Part shown: piece by piece, positions 18,995-27,734 of the stretch
Position numbering within the stretch: position 1 is the stretch's first letter
Layout of the letters: every line of letters begins with the position of its first letter
Assembly: GCA_017857245.1 (NCBI GenBank)
Contig: JAFMDO010000001.1
Location: forward strand, 25,713-89,712
DNA: 64,000 nt
Direction of reading: 5' to 3'
Origin: Pontimonas sp.
Lineage (GTDB): Bacteria; Actinomycetota; Actinomycetes; Actinomycetales; Microbacteriaceae
Made by a program: the position numbers and the translations under genes
Notes under the pieces: generated by a model
Databases searched by the model: none
Seen by the model: only the letters and a program-made list of their open reading frames with translations
What the model was told of the DNA's origin: nothing

Positions 18995-19969
18995 GTGGTA
19001 GAACATAATCCTTTTGGCCAAGTCCTCGTGGCGATGGTCACCCCCATGACACTCGAGGGCGAGGTGGATTGGCCGGGAGTTGAATCCCTCATGGATTCAT
19101 TGATTTCCCGCGGTGCAGATGGACTTGTCGTCACGGGGACCACCGGAGAGACCAGCACCCTGACCGATGCCGAAAAAATCAGGCTTGTCACCACGGGAAA
19201 ATCTGTTTCCGCAGGGCGCGCAAAAATTATCACCGGCGGTGGGTCTAACGAAACTGCCCACGCCATTGAGCTTTACAAAGCCAGCGAAAAAGCGGGCGCC
19301 GATGGCGTGATGGTGGTCACTCCGTATTACAACAAACCCACCCAAGCGGGCGTGCTAACCCATTTTCGCTTGATTGCTGATGCCACCGAGTTGCCGATGC
19401 TGATGTATGACATCCCTGGCCGCTCTGGGATCCAGATCACCTACGAGACGATTTTGCGGGCTGCGAAGCACCCGAACATTGTGGCTGTCAAAGATGCCAA
19501 GGGCGATCTTGCTGAAGTGTCGAGGGTCATGAACCAGACAGACCTGCTGTATTTCGCAGGCGATGACGCCAACGCCCTTCCGACCCTGGCCATTGGGGGA
19601 ACGGGACTCATTGGTGTCACCGCCAACATTGCGCCTGAGCCGTACCGGATCATGGTGGATGCGGTCAATGCGGGAAAACTTGCAGAAGCCACCGAGCAGC
19701 ACAAGTCACTGGAGCCTCTGGTTCGGGCCACCATGACTCACGTGCCGGGAACGGTGGCGGTGAAATACATTCTTCACGGTCTTGGTCGGATATCTTCGCC
19801 CAGGGTGCGCTTGCCCCTGGTAGGCCCGGAAGAAGCTGAAGCTGCTGAAATAGAAGCGGACATCGACTTGGTGGAAACTGTGCCCGGTGTCGACTTCTCC
19901 AACTTCCGTCCCGACCGCAACGCTGCCGCTGGTGGCGCGTTGCCCAAGGTCGCCGGAACAACCCGATAA
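18995..19969 (+). CDS. dapA: 4-hydroxy-tetrahydrodipicolinate synthase
   Basis: Contains FGQVLVAMVTPMT, VVTGTTGETSTL, YYNKPTQ and the catalytic-Lys context AVKDAKGD. Confidence 0.9.
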   Translation: MVEHNPFGQVLVAMVTPMTLEGEVDWPGVESLMDSLISRGADGLVVTGTTGETSTLTDAEKIRLVTTGKSVSAGRAKIITGGGSNETAHAIELYKASEKAGADGVMVVTPYYNKPTQAGVLTHFRLIADATELPMLMYDIPGRSGIQITYETILRAAKHPNIVAVKDAKGDLAEVSRVMNQTDLLYFAGDDANALPTLAIGGTGLIGVTANIAPEPYRIMVDAVNAGKLAEATEQHKSLEPLVRATMTHVPGTVAVKYILHGLGRISSPRVRLPLVGPEEAEAAEIEADIDLVETVPGVDFSNFRPDRNAAAGGALPKVAGTTR

Positions 19970-19975
19970 GGCTGT

Positions 19976-21655
19976 ATGCCCCAACCACTTCTTGACCCTC
20001 CACCGCTGAATCCTGGCACGCTGCGCATTGTTCCTCTCGGAGGAATAGGCGAAATCGGTCGGAACATGACCGTCTTCGAAATTGATGGCAAGCTCCTGAT
20101 CATTGACTGCGGGGTGCTCTTCCCCGAAGAGACACAGCCGGGTGTTGACCTGATTTTGCCTGATTTCGAGTCGATCAGGCATCGCCTGGAGGACATCGTG
20201 GCCGTTGTTCTGACTCACGGTCACGAAGACCACATTGGCGCTGTTCCTTATTTGCTGAAGCTTCGGGGAGATATCCCCCTGCTGGGGTCCACCCTCACGC
20301 TGGCTTTGATTGAAGCGAAGCTGAAAGAGCACCGGATTGCGCCCCTGACCTTGGAGGTCAGTGAGGGAGGACGCGAGAAGCTGGGACCGTTTGACGTGGA
20401 ATTTGTGGCCGTCAACCACTCGATTCCTGATGCGCTTGCGGTCATGGTCCGCACGAGTGCGGGCAGCATCCTTCATACCGGGGATTTCAAAATGGACCAG
20501 CTTCCCCTGGATGGTCGGCTGACCGACCTTCGCGCCTTTGCGAGGCTAGGCGAAGAGGGCGTTGACCTTTTCATGGTGGACTCAACAAACGCTGATGTTC
20601 CAGGATTTACCCCCCGGGAAGCGGATATCGGGCCCGTTCTGGAGCAAATCATTCACCGTGCACCTCGTCGGGTGATCGTGGCAAGTTTCGCCTCCCACAT
20701 TCATCGAGTGCAGCAAGTGATCGATGCCGCTGTGTCAAGCAACCGTCGCGTTGCTCTGGTCGGACGCTCCATGGTGCGGAATATGGGCATTGCCCACGAA
20801 TTGGGATACCTGAAAGTCCCCGATGGCGTCTTGATTGATGCGAAAAAGGCTCCAGATATGCCCGATGAGAAAGTGCTCTATATGAGCACGGGGTCTCAGG
20901 GAGAACCCATGGCGGGGCTTTCCCGGATGGCTAATCGTGAACACCCGACGATTGAAATCGGTCCAGGCGACACCGTCATTCTGGCTTCGAGTTTGATTCC
21001 TGGCAACGAGAATGCTGTGTATCGCGTCATCAACGGACTGATTGATTTAGGGGCCAATGTCGTCCACAAGGCAAACGCAAAAGTCCACGTGTCCGGACAC
21101 GCGGCGGCGGGCGAACTTCTCTACTGCTACAACATTGTGAAGCCCAGGCAGGTGATGCCCATCCACGGAGAAGCGCGTCATTTGCGGGCCAACGCAGAAA
21201 TCGCCATGGAGTCTGGTGTCCCCGCTGACCGCACGCTTGTGGGAGAAAACGGCAGTGTGATTGACATGACCGATGGTGTTGCGACCCTGACGGGGCAACT
21301 GGATATTGGTTTCGTTTATGTGGACGGTTCCACCGTGGGGGAAATCACCGAGGCGGACCTGAAAGATCGAAGGATTCTGGCGGAAGAGGGGTTCATTTCC
21401 ATCTTCATCGCTATCGATACCCAAACCGGTGCGATTATCGTGGGGCCAGAGATTCATGCCCGGGGTTTCGCACCCGATGATGCCGTGTTTGATGATGTTC
21501 GCCCGGCGATTATCAAGGCGCTGGAAGAAGCTTCGAAGAATGGCACCCGAGACACCCAAGCCTTCCAGCAAGTGGTTCGCCGCACCGTGGGCCGCTGGGT
21601 GAACACCCAACACCGTCGTCGCCCCATGATTGTTCCTGTGGTGATCGAGGCCTAG
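19976..21655 (+). CDS. rnj: Ribonuclease J
   Basis: Contains the metallo-beta-lactamase motif THGHEDHIGAV, a beta-CASP region, and HVSGHAAAGEL. Length is 559 aa, downstream of dapA as in other Actinobacteria. Confidence 0.95.
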   Translation: MPQPLLDPPPLNPGTLRIVPLGGIGEIGRNMTVFEIDGKLLIIDCGVLFPEETQPGVDLILPDFESIRHRLEDIVAVVLTHGHEDHIGAVPYLLKLRGDIPLLGSTLTLALIEAKLKEHRIAPLTLEVSEGGREKLGPFDVEFVAVNHSIPDALAVMVRTSAGSILHTGDFKMDQLPLDGRLTDLRAFARLGEEGVDLFMVDSTNADVPGFTPREADIGPVLEQIIHRAPRRVIVASFASHIHRVQQVIDAAVSSNRRVALVGRSMVRNMGIAHELGYLKVPDGVLIDAKKAPDMPDEKVLYMSTGSQGEPMAGLSRMANREHPTIEIGPGDTVILASSLIPGNENAVYRVINGLIDLGANVVHKANAKVHVSGHAAAGELLYCYNIVKPRQVMPIHGEARHLRANAEIAMESGVPADRTLVGENGSVIDMTDGVATLTGQLDIGFVYVDGSTVGEITEADLKDRRILAEEGFISIFIAIDTQTGAIIVGPEIHARGFAPDDAVFDDVRPAIIKALEEASKNGTRDTQAFQQVVRRTVGRWVNTQHRRRPMIVPVVIEA

Positions 21656-21659
21656 AAAG

Positions 21660-21830
21660 ATGGCTGTGGATGACCCCATTCCCTTGCCCGATGCGGCTGA
21701 ACTCGAGGTGGTCATCACTGTTCCTCAAGGGCCTGGGCCGTTTCCCGTCGTGATAGCTGTTCACGAGGCCTTTGGGATTGATGAATCTATGCGGGCTTAT
21801 CCTCGATTTCTTCGCGTTCGGGAAGAATGA
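21660..21830 (+). pseudogene. Remnant of a dienelactone hydrolase-family gene (N-terminal ~45 codons only)
   Basis: The ATG at 21660 gives MAVDDPIPLPDAAELEVVITVPQGPGPFPVVIAVHEAFGIDESMR. This resembles the DLH N-terminus up to the conserved HE.FG. motif. The frame then runs into the 3' end of the convergent EamA gene and stops at 21828-21830. Confidence 0.4.
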
Positions 21831-22767
21831 TGGGCCCTGTCTCTAGGGCCAAGTCACCCTGCACCACCACGTCGCTCGTCCGGGCGGTCTGGGCAATCAC
21901 AATTCCCATCAACACTGCCGAGGCGCCAAGGATTTGACTCAGGTTCAATGCTTCATGGAGCCATAACCAGGCGGCGATGAAGGCGAAAGCAATTTCGCTG
22001 GTCGCGATGATGCCCGCCACCGTGGCAGAGAGACGCTTGAGGGCACTGAGCGAGAGGAGGAAAGGAGCAAAAGAACCCAGCGTCATATTCCACACGATGA
22101 ACACCCATATCGGAAGGCTGGCACTCTCGGCCGATGAGCTGAGAGGGACGAGAGCGGTGAAAGTGTCGGGTGTGAAATTCCACCAGCCCGAAAACGGTGC
22201 CCAGAAGATGCTGGCGACGGTCATGGTCCAAAACGACAGGGCAAGAGGGGAAATCGTTTGCAACTGTTTTTCTCCGACTAGGAAGTAGGTCGCAAGACAG
22301 ATTGCGGCACCCAGTCCCCACAACATTCCGACTGGATTGAGGGTGCTGGCCCAAATCTCTGCAACCACCACGAGGCCCACCAAAACGCAGGTAATGGCAA
22401 TCCACAAGCGCTGGTGGACTTTTTCCTTGAAGAAGAAAAAGGCGACAAGGGCGACGATAAGTACCGCGAGGTATTCCAACAGCAGAGCGATCCCCACCGG
22501 CAGCAGGGCAATGGCAAAGGCGTAGGTGGCCTGGAGCATTCCGACACCGACGATTCCTAGAATCGCGATGACAGGCCACTGACGCATCGGTACCCGAAAT
22601 GATTTCCGGTCCAGGACCAGAAGAATGACCCCGGAAATCACTGCAGCGCCCAGCACTCGCATCTGAGTCAGCTGTATTGCTGTGAATCCTGACTCGATGA
22701 CGACTTTGCTCACAGAGCCATTTGCCCCAAAAAGCACCGCTGCGAGGAGAGCGTAAAAGTAGCCCAT
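21787..22767 (-). CDS. EamA/DMT-family transporter (10 TM)
   Basis: From the ATG at 22767 the protein reads MGYFYALLAAVLFGANGSVSK, followed by two EamA-like repeats of hydrophobic helices. The ORF-track upstream extension overlaps msrA on the other strand and is not protein-like. Confidence 0.85.
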   Translation of the reverse strand: MGYFYALLAAVLFGANGSVSKVVIESGFTAIQLTQMRVLGAAVISGVILLVLDRKSFRVPMRQWPVIAILGIVGVGMLQATYAFAIALLPVGIALLLEYLAVLIVALVAFFFFKEKVHQRLWIAITCVLVGLVVVAEIWASTLNPVGMLWGLGAAICLATYFLVGEKQLQTISPLALSFWTMTVASIFWAPFSGWWNFTPDTFTALVPLSSSAESASLPIWVFIVWNMTLGSFAPFLLSLSALKRLSATVAGIIATSEIAFAFIAAWLWLHEALNLSQILGASAVLMGIVIAQTARTSDVVVQGDLALETGPIILPEREEIEDKPA

Positions 22768-22908
22768 CACTGCCCTGTTTCGGGCACGGGAGCGTTGGCG
22801 AGAGAGGCTGGCACAGGATAAGCGTAGGGGGTGAAATGACGACTGGGTGACCAATCTTGAGTGGCTAGGGTTGTGGCCTTCACAGCCCGCTCCCGTAGGG
22901 TAAAAAGC

Positions 22909-23436
22909 ATGAAAACTTACGTGCTCGCTGGAGGTTGCTTTTGGTGTCTTGATGCTGCGTATCGGGTGCTCCGAGGTGTGAGTGATGTTGTATCGGGCTA
23001 CACCGGAGGGGAAGGCGCCAATCCCACCTACGAAGCCATCTGCACCGGGACGACGGGTCACGCGGAAGCCGTTGCGGTCACCTTTGATCCCAACGTGATT
23101 CCCTCTGATGTTATTTTGGATGCGTTTTTCACCATGCACGATCCCCGCCAGTCGGACCGGCAAGGCAACGATGTTGGAACCCAATACCGCTCGGCAATGT
23201 TCTACCGTGACGAGGAAGACAGGGCACTGTTCGAGGCCGCCAGGGTGAGAGCCGACCACACCTGGGACGGCGGAGTCGTCACTGAAGTCACCCCGCTCGA
23301 AGAGTTTTATGACGCCGAGGAATATCACCAAGACTTTTTCGGAAAGAATCCTTTCCAGGGCTATTGCCTCGCCGTTGCTGTCCCGAAAGTCTCAAAGGTA
23401 AGGGCAAGCTTCTCCGCATACCTCCTGCCGGTCTAG
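22909..23436 (+). CDS. msrA: Peptide-methionine (S)-S-oxide reductase
   Basis: MKTYVLAGGCFWC is the MsrA active-site GCFWC. Also contains GHAEAV and YHQDFF. Confidence 0.9.
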   Translation: MKTYVLAGGCFWCLDAAYRVLRGVSDVVSGYTGGEGANPTYEAICTGTTGHAEAVAVTFDPNVIPSDVILDAFFTMHDPRQSDRQGNDVGTQYRSAMFYRDEEDRALFEAARVRADHTWDGGVVTEVTPLEEFYDAEEYHQDFFGKNPFQGYCLAVAVPKVSKVRASFSAYLLPV

Positions 23437-23588
23437 TTGTCCACAGCCCTAGTTTTCCGAGCGGTGTCCGCTAAGACTGTGAGTCGCGGACACTTCGTCC
23501 CGGTGAAACGGCACAGTAACCCCAAGTCGCATCGTGGTTCGGGGGATGTGGCCCATACCTAACCTTCCCCGGCCAGGAAGGACATACC

Positions 23589-23990
23589 ATGAGCGATCAG
23601 CTCACCTTGACCGGGTTGGTAGCCACCACACCCCGGCACATCGTCACCTCAGAAGGGCTTGCGATCACCAGCTTTCGGCTCGCGTCCCAGCAGCGAAAGT
23701 ATGACCGCCAGAGCAACTCATGGGCGGATGGCGAAACGAATTGGTATACGGTCACCGCTTTTCGGGACCTTGCTGTGAATGCTTCTCAGTCGCTGAACAA
23801 GGGCGACCGCATTGTGACGGCAGGTCGAGTGAAAGTTCGAGATTGGACAACCGAGGATCGAACAGGCACCTCCATTGAGGTTGAGGCCGACACGCTCGGT
23901 CACGACCTTTTCTGGGGCACAAGTCAATACAAAAAAGTCGCTCGTAGGCACGCCGACGAAGAGTCGGGTCCTGACGACGAAACCCTCTAG
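23589..23990 (+). CDS. Single-stranded DNA-binding-family protein (short paralogue with an acidic C-terminus)
   Basis: The OB-fold pattern is LTGLVATTPRHIVTSEGLAITSFRLAS...WYTVTAFRDLAVN...KGDRIVTAGRVKVRDW. Its position immediately upstream of ettA is a conserved actinobacterial pairing, as far as I recall. Confidence 0.8.
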   Translation: MSDQLTLTGLVATTPRHIVTSEGLAITSFRLASQQRKYDRQSNSWADGETNWYTVTAFRDLAVNASQSLNKGDRIVTAGRVKVRDWTTEDRTGTSIEVEADTLGHDLFWGTSQYKKVARRHADEESGPDDETL

Positions 23991-24000
23991 ACCCTTCGAT

Positions 24001-24038
24001 CTTTGTGGACACGGCTCGCCCTCGCGGTGTCCACAAAG
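24001..24038 (+). terminator. Perfect 12-bp stem hairpin after the ssb-like gene (no U-tract)
   Basis: CTTTGTGGACAC, a 14-nt loop, then GTGTCCACAAAG. It begins 11 nt after the stop codon. Confidence 0.4.
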
Positions 24039-24079
24039 TCGGCGGGGCGCTGCCGGTAAAGTCCCTAAACTAGGGGGCT

Positions 24080-25762
24080 ATGGCTGAATTCATCTACACA
24101 ATGGTCCGTGCCCGCAAAGCGGTGGGCGAGAAGCTCATCCTTGACGATGTCACGATGTCTTTTTTCCCCGGTGCAAAAATCGGTATGGTCGGCCCAAACG
24201 GGGCTGGAAAGTCGACCATTCTCAAGATTATGGCTGGGCTCGACACCCCCAGCAATGGTGATGCAGCTCTGACGCCTGGCTACACCGTCGGCATCCTCAT
24301 GCAGGAGCCGGTGCTGGATGAGACCAAAAATGTTCTTGAGAACGTCCGTGATGGAGTTCGCGAGATTCACGGCAAGGTTCAGCGTTTCAATGAAATTTCC
24401 GCAGCAATGTCCGATCCTGACGCAGACTTCGACTCGCTCTTGGCGGAGATGGGAACCTTGCAGGAAGCGATTGATGCAGCGGACGCCTGGGACTTAGATT
24501 CGCAGTTGGAGCAGGCCATGGATGCCCTGCGATGTCCACCCTCTGACGCTGACATTACCCACCTCTCCGGGGGAGAAAAGCGCAGAGTGGCGCTGTGTAA
24601 ATTACTGCTGGAAAAGCCTGACTTGCTGCTGCTTGATGAGCCCACAAACCACCTCGATGCCGAGAGCGTTCTGTGGCTAGAGCAGCACTTGTCAAAGTAT
24701 CCCGGTGCGGTGATCGCCATCACACACGATAGGTATTTCCTCGACCACGTCGCGGAATGGATTGCCGAAGTTGACCGCGGTCGCCTTTACCCCTACGAAG
24801 GAAACTATTCGACCTATTTGGAAAAGAAGGGCGAACGTCTTCAAGTTCAGGGCAAGAAGGACCAGAAGTTAGCCAAGCGTTTGGCCGATGAGCTTGAGTG
24901 GGTCCGCTCGAATGCCAAAGGGCGCCAAGCAAAGTCCAAGGCTCGGCTCGCCCGGTATGAAGAGATGGCGGAAGAGGCCGATAGAACCAAGAAGCTCGAC
25001 TTTGAAGAGATTCAAATTCCCCCCGGGCCAAGGCTTGGTCAGCAAGTCCTTGAAGCCAAGAAGATTAAAAAGGGTTTCGGCGATCGTGTTCTGATCGATG
25101 ACCTCAGCTTCTCCCTTCCGCGCAACGGGATAGTGGGAATCATTGGACCCAACGGGGTGGGAAAGTCCACCCTGTTTAAGACCATTGTGGGGCTTGAATC
25201 ACTTGACGACGGCGAATTGATCGTCGGGGAATCAGTGAAGCTCTCCTATGTCGACCAGGAGCGTGGCGGTATTGACCCTTCCAAGACTCTGTGGGAGGTC
25301 GTTTCTGACGGCCTGGATGTCATTCAGGTAGGCAAGGTGGAGATCCCTTCCCGCGCCTACGTATCTACTTTTGGATTTAAAGGCCCCGATCAGCAGAAGA
25401 AGGCGGGGATTCTTTCTGGTGGCGAACGCAACCGTTTGAACCTGGCACTCACACTCAAGCAAGGGGGGAACCTCCTCCTTCTCGATGAGCCCACCAACGA
25501 CTTGGATGTGGAGACACTCTCCAGCCTGGAGAACGCACTCCTCGAGTTCCCCGGCTGCGCGGTGGTGATTACCCACGACCGGTGGTTCCTGGACCGTATC
25601 GCCACACACATCCTGGCCTATGAGGGAACCGAAGAACACCCCGGGAACTGGTACTGGTTTGAGGGAAACTTTGAGTCCTATGAGGAAAATAAGATCGAAC
25701 GGTTAGGAGCGGATGCGGCTGCGCCACATCGGTCGACCTATCGCAAGCTCACGAGGGATTAG
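24080..25762 (+). CDS. ettA: Energy-dependent translational throttle protein EttA (ABC-F ATPase)
   Basis: MAEFIYTMVRARKAVG..KLILDDVT is the typical EttA N-terminus. Two ABC cassettes (GPNGAGKST and GPNGVGKST) and two LSGGE signatures. Length is 560 aa. Confidence 0.95.
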   Translation: MAEFIYTMVRARKAVGEKLILDDVTMSFFPGAKIGMVGPNGAGKSTILKIMAGLDTPSNGDAALTPGYTVGILMQEPVLDETKNVLENVRDGVREIHGKVQRFNEISAAMSDPDADFDSLLAEMGTLQEAIDAADAWDLDSQLEQAMDALRCPPSDADITHLSGGEKRRVALCKLLLEKPDLLLLDEPTNHLDAESVLWLEQHLSKYPGAVIAITHDRYFLDHVAEWIAEVDRGRLYPYEGNYSTYLEKKGERLQVQGKKDQKLAKRLADELEWVRSNAKGRQAKSKARLARYEEMAEEADRTKKLDFEEIQIPPGPRLGQQVLEAKKIKKGFGDRVLIDDLSFSLPRNGIVGIIGPNGVGKSTLFKTIVGLESLDDGELIVGESVKLSYVDQERGGIDPSKTLWEVVSDGLDVIQVGKVEIPSRAYVSTFGFKGPDQQKKAGILSGGERNRLNLALTLKQGGNLLLLDEPTNDLDVETLSSLENALLEFPGCAVVITHDRWFLDRIATHILAYEGTEEHPGNWYWFEGNFESYEENKIERLGADAAAPHRSTYRKLTRD

Positions 25763-26648
25763 GAACGCGGACCATTCCCTCCTGGGCAACGGAGGCAACG
25801 AGCGTTCCGTCCTGAGAAAAAATGCGACCAAGGGAAAGCCCTCGGCCACCAATGGCCGAGGGAGATTCTTGGGCATAGAGGAACCACTCATCGGCTCGGG
25901 CTTCACGGTGCCACCACATCGCGTGATCCAGACTGGCAATTTTTAGCCCCGGCGTCGACCAGTTCATTCCGTGGGCGCGCATGACCGGTTCAAGGATGCT
26001 GAAATCACTCGCGTAAGCAAAGGCTGCGCGGTGAAGGTTTGGTTCATCCGGGATCGGGCCAAGACACTTCATCCACACCGCTTGAGTAGGAGATGGCTCT
26101 CCCTCCGAGGTGATGTAGAGGGAAGACGGTACGTGGCGAAGATCGAAGGCTCGAGTCTTTGCCCACACATCAGCAATGGGGTGGCCGATGGACCGCAGCA
26201 CTTCTTGGGCACTCGGCAGAGAGTCAGGGTCAGGAATACCCGTGGGCATCAGGGTCTGGTGGTCCACTCCTGGGTCTTCATCCTGAAAGGAGGCAATCAT
26301 AGAGAAAATTGGCTGGCCTTTTTGGTAAGCCTGTGCTCGCCTAGTGGAAAATGAGCGGCCATCGTGGATGCGGTCGACGGCAAAAGTTATATCTTCGGTG
26401 ATGTCACCGGGGCGCAGAAAATATCCGTGGAGGGAGTGAATTGCGCGGTCATCATCAACCGTATGCATGGCAGCCCGCGCGGCTTGAGCCATGACTTGAC
26501 CGCCAAATACTCGCCCGTGGGGTTGCCATTGGCTGGGAGCGGTGAAAATGTCTTCTTTCGTCCTTGCCCGCGACGCCGTCAAGGTCAGAGCACCCAGCAT
26601 GCTCTCTACGGGGTCTTGGGGTTCGTCTAATGCTTCAGAAGTGTCCAT
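25749..26648 (-). CDS. tesB: Acyl-CoA thioesterase II
   Basis: Contains FGGQVMAQAARAA, LHGYFLRPGD, DGRSFSTRRAQAYQ and SLDHAMWWH, the double hot-dog TesB pattern. The start at 26648 (MDTSEALD) is chosen to avoid overlap with the divergent gene. Confidence 0.85.
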   Translation of the reverse strand: MDTSEALDEPQDPVESMLGALTLTASRARTKEDIFTAPSQWQPHGRVFGGQVMAQAARAAMHTVDDDRAIHSLHGYFLRPGDITEDITFAVDRIHDGRSFSTRRAQAYQKGQPIFSMIASFQDEDPGVDHQTLMPTGIPDPDSLPSAQEVLRSIGHPIADVWAKTRAFDLRHVPSSLYITSEGEPSPTQAVWMKCLGPIPDEPNLHRAAFAYASDFSILEPVMRAHGMNWSTPGLKIASLDHAMWWHREARADEWFLYAQESPSAIGGRGLSLGRIFSQDGTLVASVAQEGMVRVPNPS

Positions 26649-26670
26649 CGGTTGTAGTTTAGAGAACACC

Positions 26671-27348
26671 ATGGCAACGACCTTAACTTTTTCCTCCACG
26701 GAGGCTCTCGCCGACCTTCGAACATTCCTTCAACGCGCGGGTCGGGTGAATAACTCTTCTGCACGGGTCATTGCGGGGGAGGGGTTCCTCCAGGTGTATG
26801 TCGGCATACTCGTTCCCCGGGGGCTACTCGATCGCACCCCGACGGTTTTAGGGCTCCGGGTGAGCGCCTTGGCTGAGGCTGTGCAGGAAGACACCATTGT
26901 CCCCATGGAGGCTTTCATCCACCGCCTCGGTGTTGCAGCAGAAGCGCGCCTTGCCACAGTGACGCTTCCAGCCTCAGTGCCGTCGTTGGCATGGGCTGCG
27001 ATTACTCCTCCTAGAGAGCATTGGCACCACCGCAAAAGCGTTTCTGCAAAATACCTTCAGGCCGCCGCCCAACAGGGAATCGCTCGCGTTGCGGAAGCTG
27101 TCCCGGATAATTCGGGCGAAGCCATCGTTCAAAAGGTTCGGGCTGAAGTATGGGGGGAGATTATTCCCCAAGCGAAGCGAATTCCCGCCGGGGCCGGCTT
27201 TGCCGCCGACGCCCTAGGGTTTTTGGACGAGAGAAGCCTCAGCGTTCACAGCACCGGTCCATGGGTGCGTTTGACCTCCAAGGGCGGCTATGTTCTCGTC
27301 AAATTCCCCACGGGGCATGACTTCGGGCCCGATACCGGAGAAGACTAA
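26671..27348 (+). CDS. Hypothetical protein
   Basis: The ATG at 26671 gives MATTLTFSSTEALADLRTFLQRAG. Composition is protein-like, but I recognise no family motif. Confidence 0.5.
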   Translation: MATTLTFSSTEALADLRTFLQRAGRVNNSSARVIAGEGFLQVYVGILVPRGLLDRTPTVLGLRVSALAEAVQEDTIVPMEAFIHRLGVAAEARLATVTLPASVPSLAWAAITPPREHWHHRKSVSAKYLQAAAQQGIARVAEAVPDNSGEAIVQKVRAEVWGEIIPQAKRIPAGAGFAADALGFLDERSLSVHSTGPWVRLTSKGGYVLVKFPTGHDFGPDTGED

Positions 27349-27734
27349 GGCTCAAAAGTATTCACCATCGACAGCGCTGCGCGCTGAAGATAATCCCACA
27401 GCTCTTCATCATCCATCGGGGCAAGCTCCAGAGAGTCCAGCGCTGAGCGCATGTGTGTGAGCCAGTGCTCTTTCGCCTCGGGGTTTACCCTGAAGGCAGC
27501 GTGACGCATGCGGAGCCGGGGATGCCCACGCTCTTCGCTGTAGGTGGTGGGGCCGCCGAAGTACTGCTGAAGAAAGAAAGAGAGGCGCCAGATGGCTCCC
27601 TCTAGGTCGTCCTGGGGATACATCGGCAGGAGCACTTCATCAGATTTGATGCCTTCGTAAAACGCCTCCACCAGGCGCGTAAAGGTCGCCTCGCCGCCAA
27701 TTCTTTCGAACAGCGTGGAACCAGGATTAGTCAT
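27345..27734 (-). CDS. glbO: Group II truncated haemoglobin
   Basis: From the ATG at 27734 the protein reads MTNPGSTLFERIGGEATFTRLVEAFYEGI...LLPMYP...QYFGGPTTYSEERGHPRLRMRHAAF, the classic trHbO sequence. Confidence 0.9.
   Translation of the reverse strand: MTNPGSTLFERIGGEATFTRLVEAFYEGIKSDEVLLPMYPQDDLEGAIWRLSFFLQQYFGGPTTYSEERGHPRLRMRHAAFRVNPEAKEHWLTHMRSALDSLELAPMDDEELWDYLQRAALSMVNTFEP

Noticed and set aside
19706-21718. Long minus-strand ORFs (256 aa and 223 aa) antisense to rnj. There are similar ones at 14549-15280 (antisense to dapB) and 56168-56986 (antisense to rne).
   Set aside because: All overlap strongly recognised genes on the other strand and have the biased composition typical of antisense frames in GC-rich DNA.
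23448-24075. A 9-nt inverted match, CCCTAGTTT at about 23448 and AAACTAGGG at about 24067, flanking the ssb-like gene. It might be taken for terminal inverted repeats of a mobile unit.
   Set aside because: A 9-mer match is expected by chance in 64 kb on two strands. There are no target-site duplications or transposase, and the ssb-like/ettA pairing is a conserved core arrangement.
24061-24079. CCCTAAACTAGGG just upstream of ettA superficially resembles the CstR-type operator core.
   Set aside because: It lacks the ATAC/GTAT outer arms and the G-tract spacing. It is probably a coincidental short palindrome overlapping the ribosome-binding region.
26648-26671. Only 22 bp separate the proposed divergent starts of tesB and the hypothetical gene at 26671. 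This could hint at a mis-call or overlapping leaderless promoters.
   Set aside because: Start positions here are uncertain. tesB could start at 26672 or 26699, and the neighbour could start later. Without TSS data this is an annotation ambiguity rather than a biological signal.
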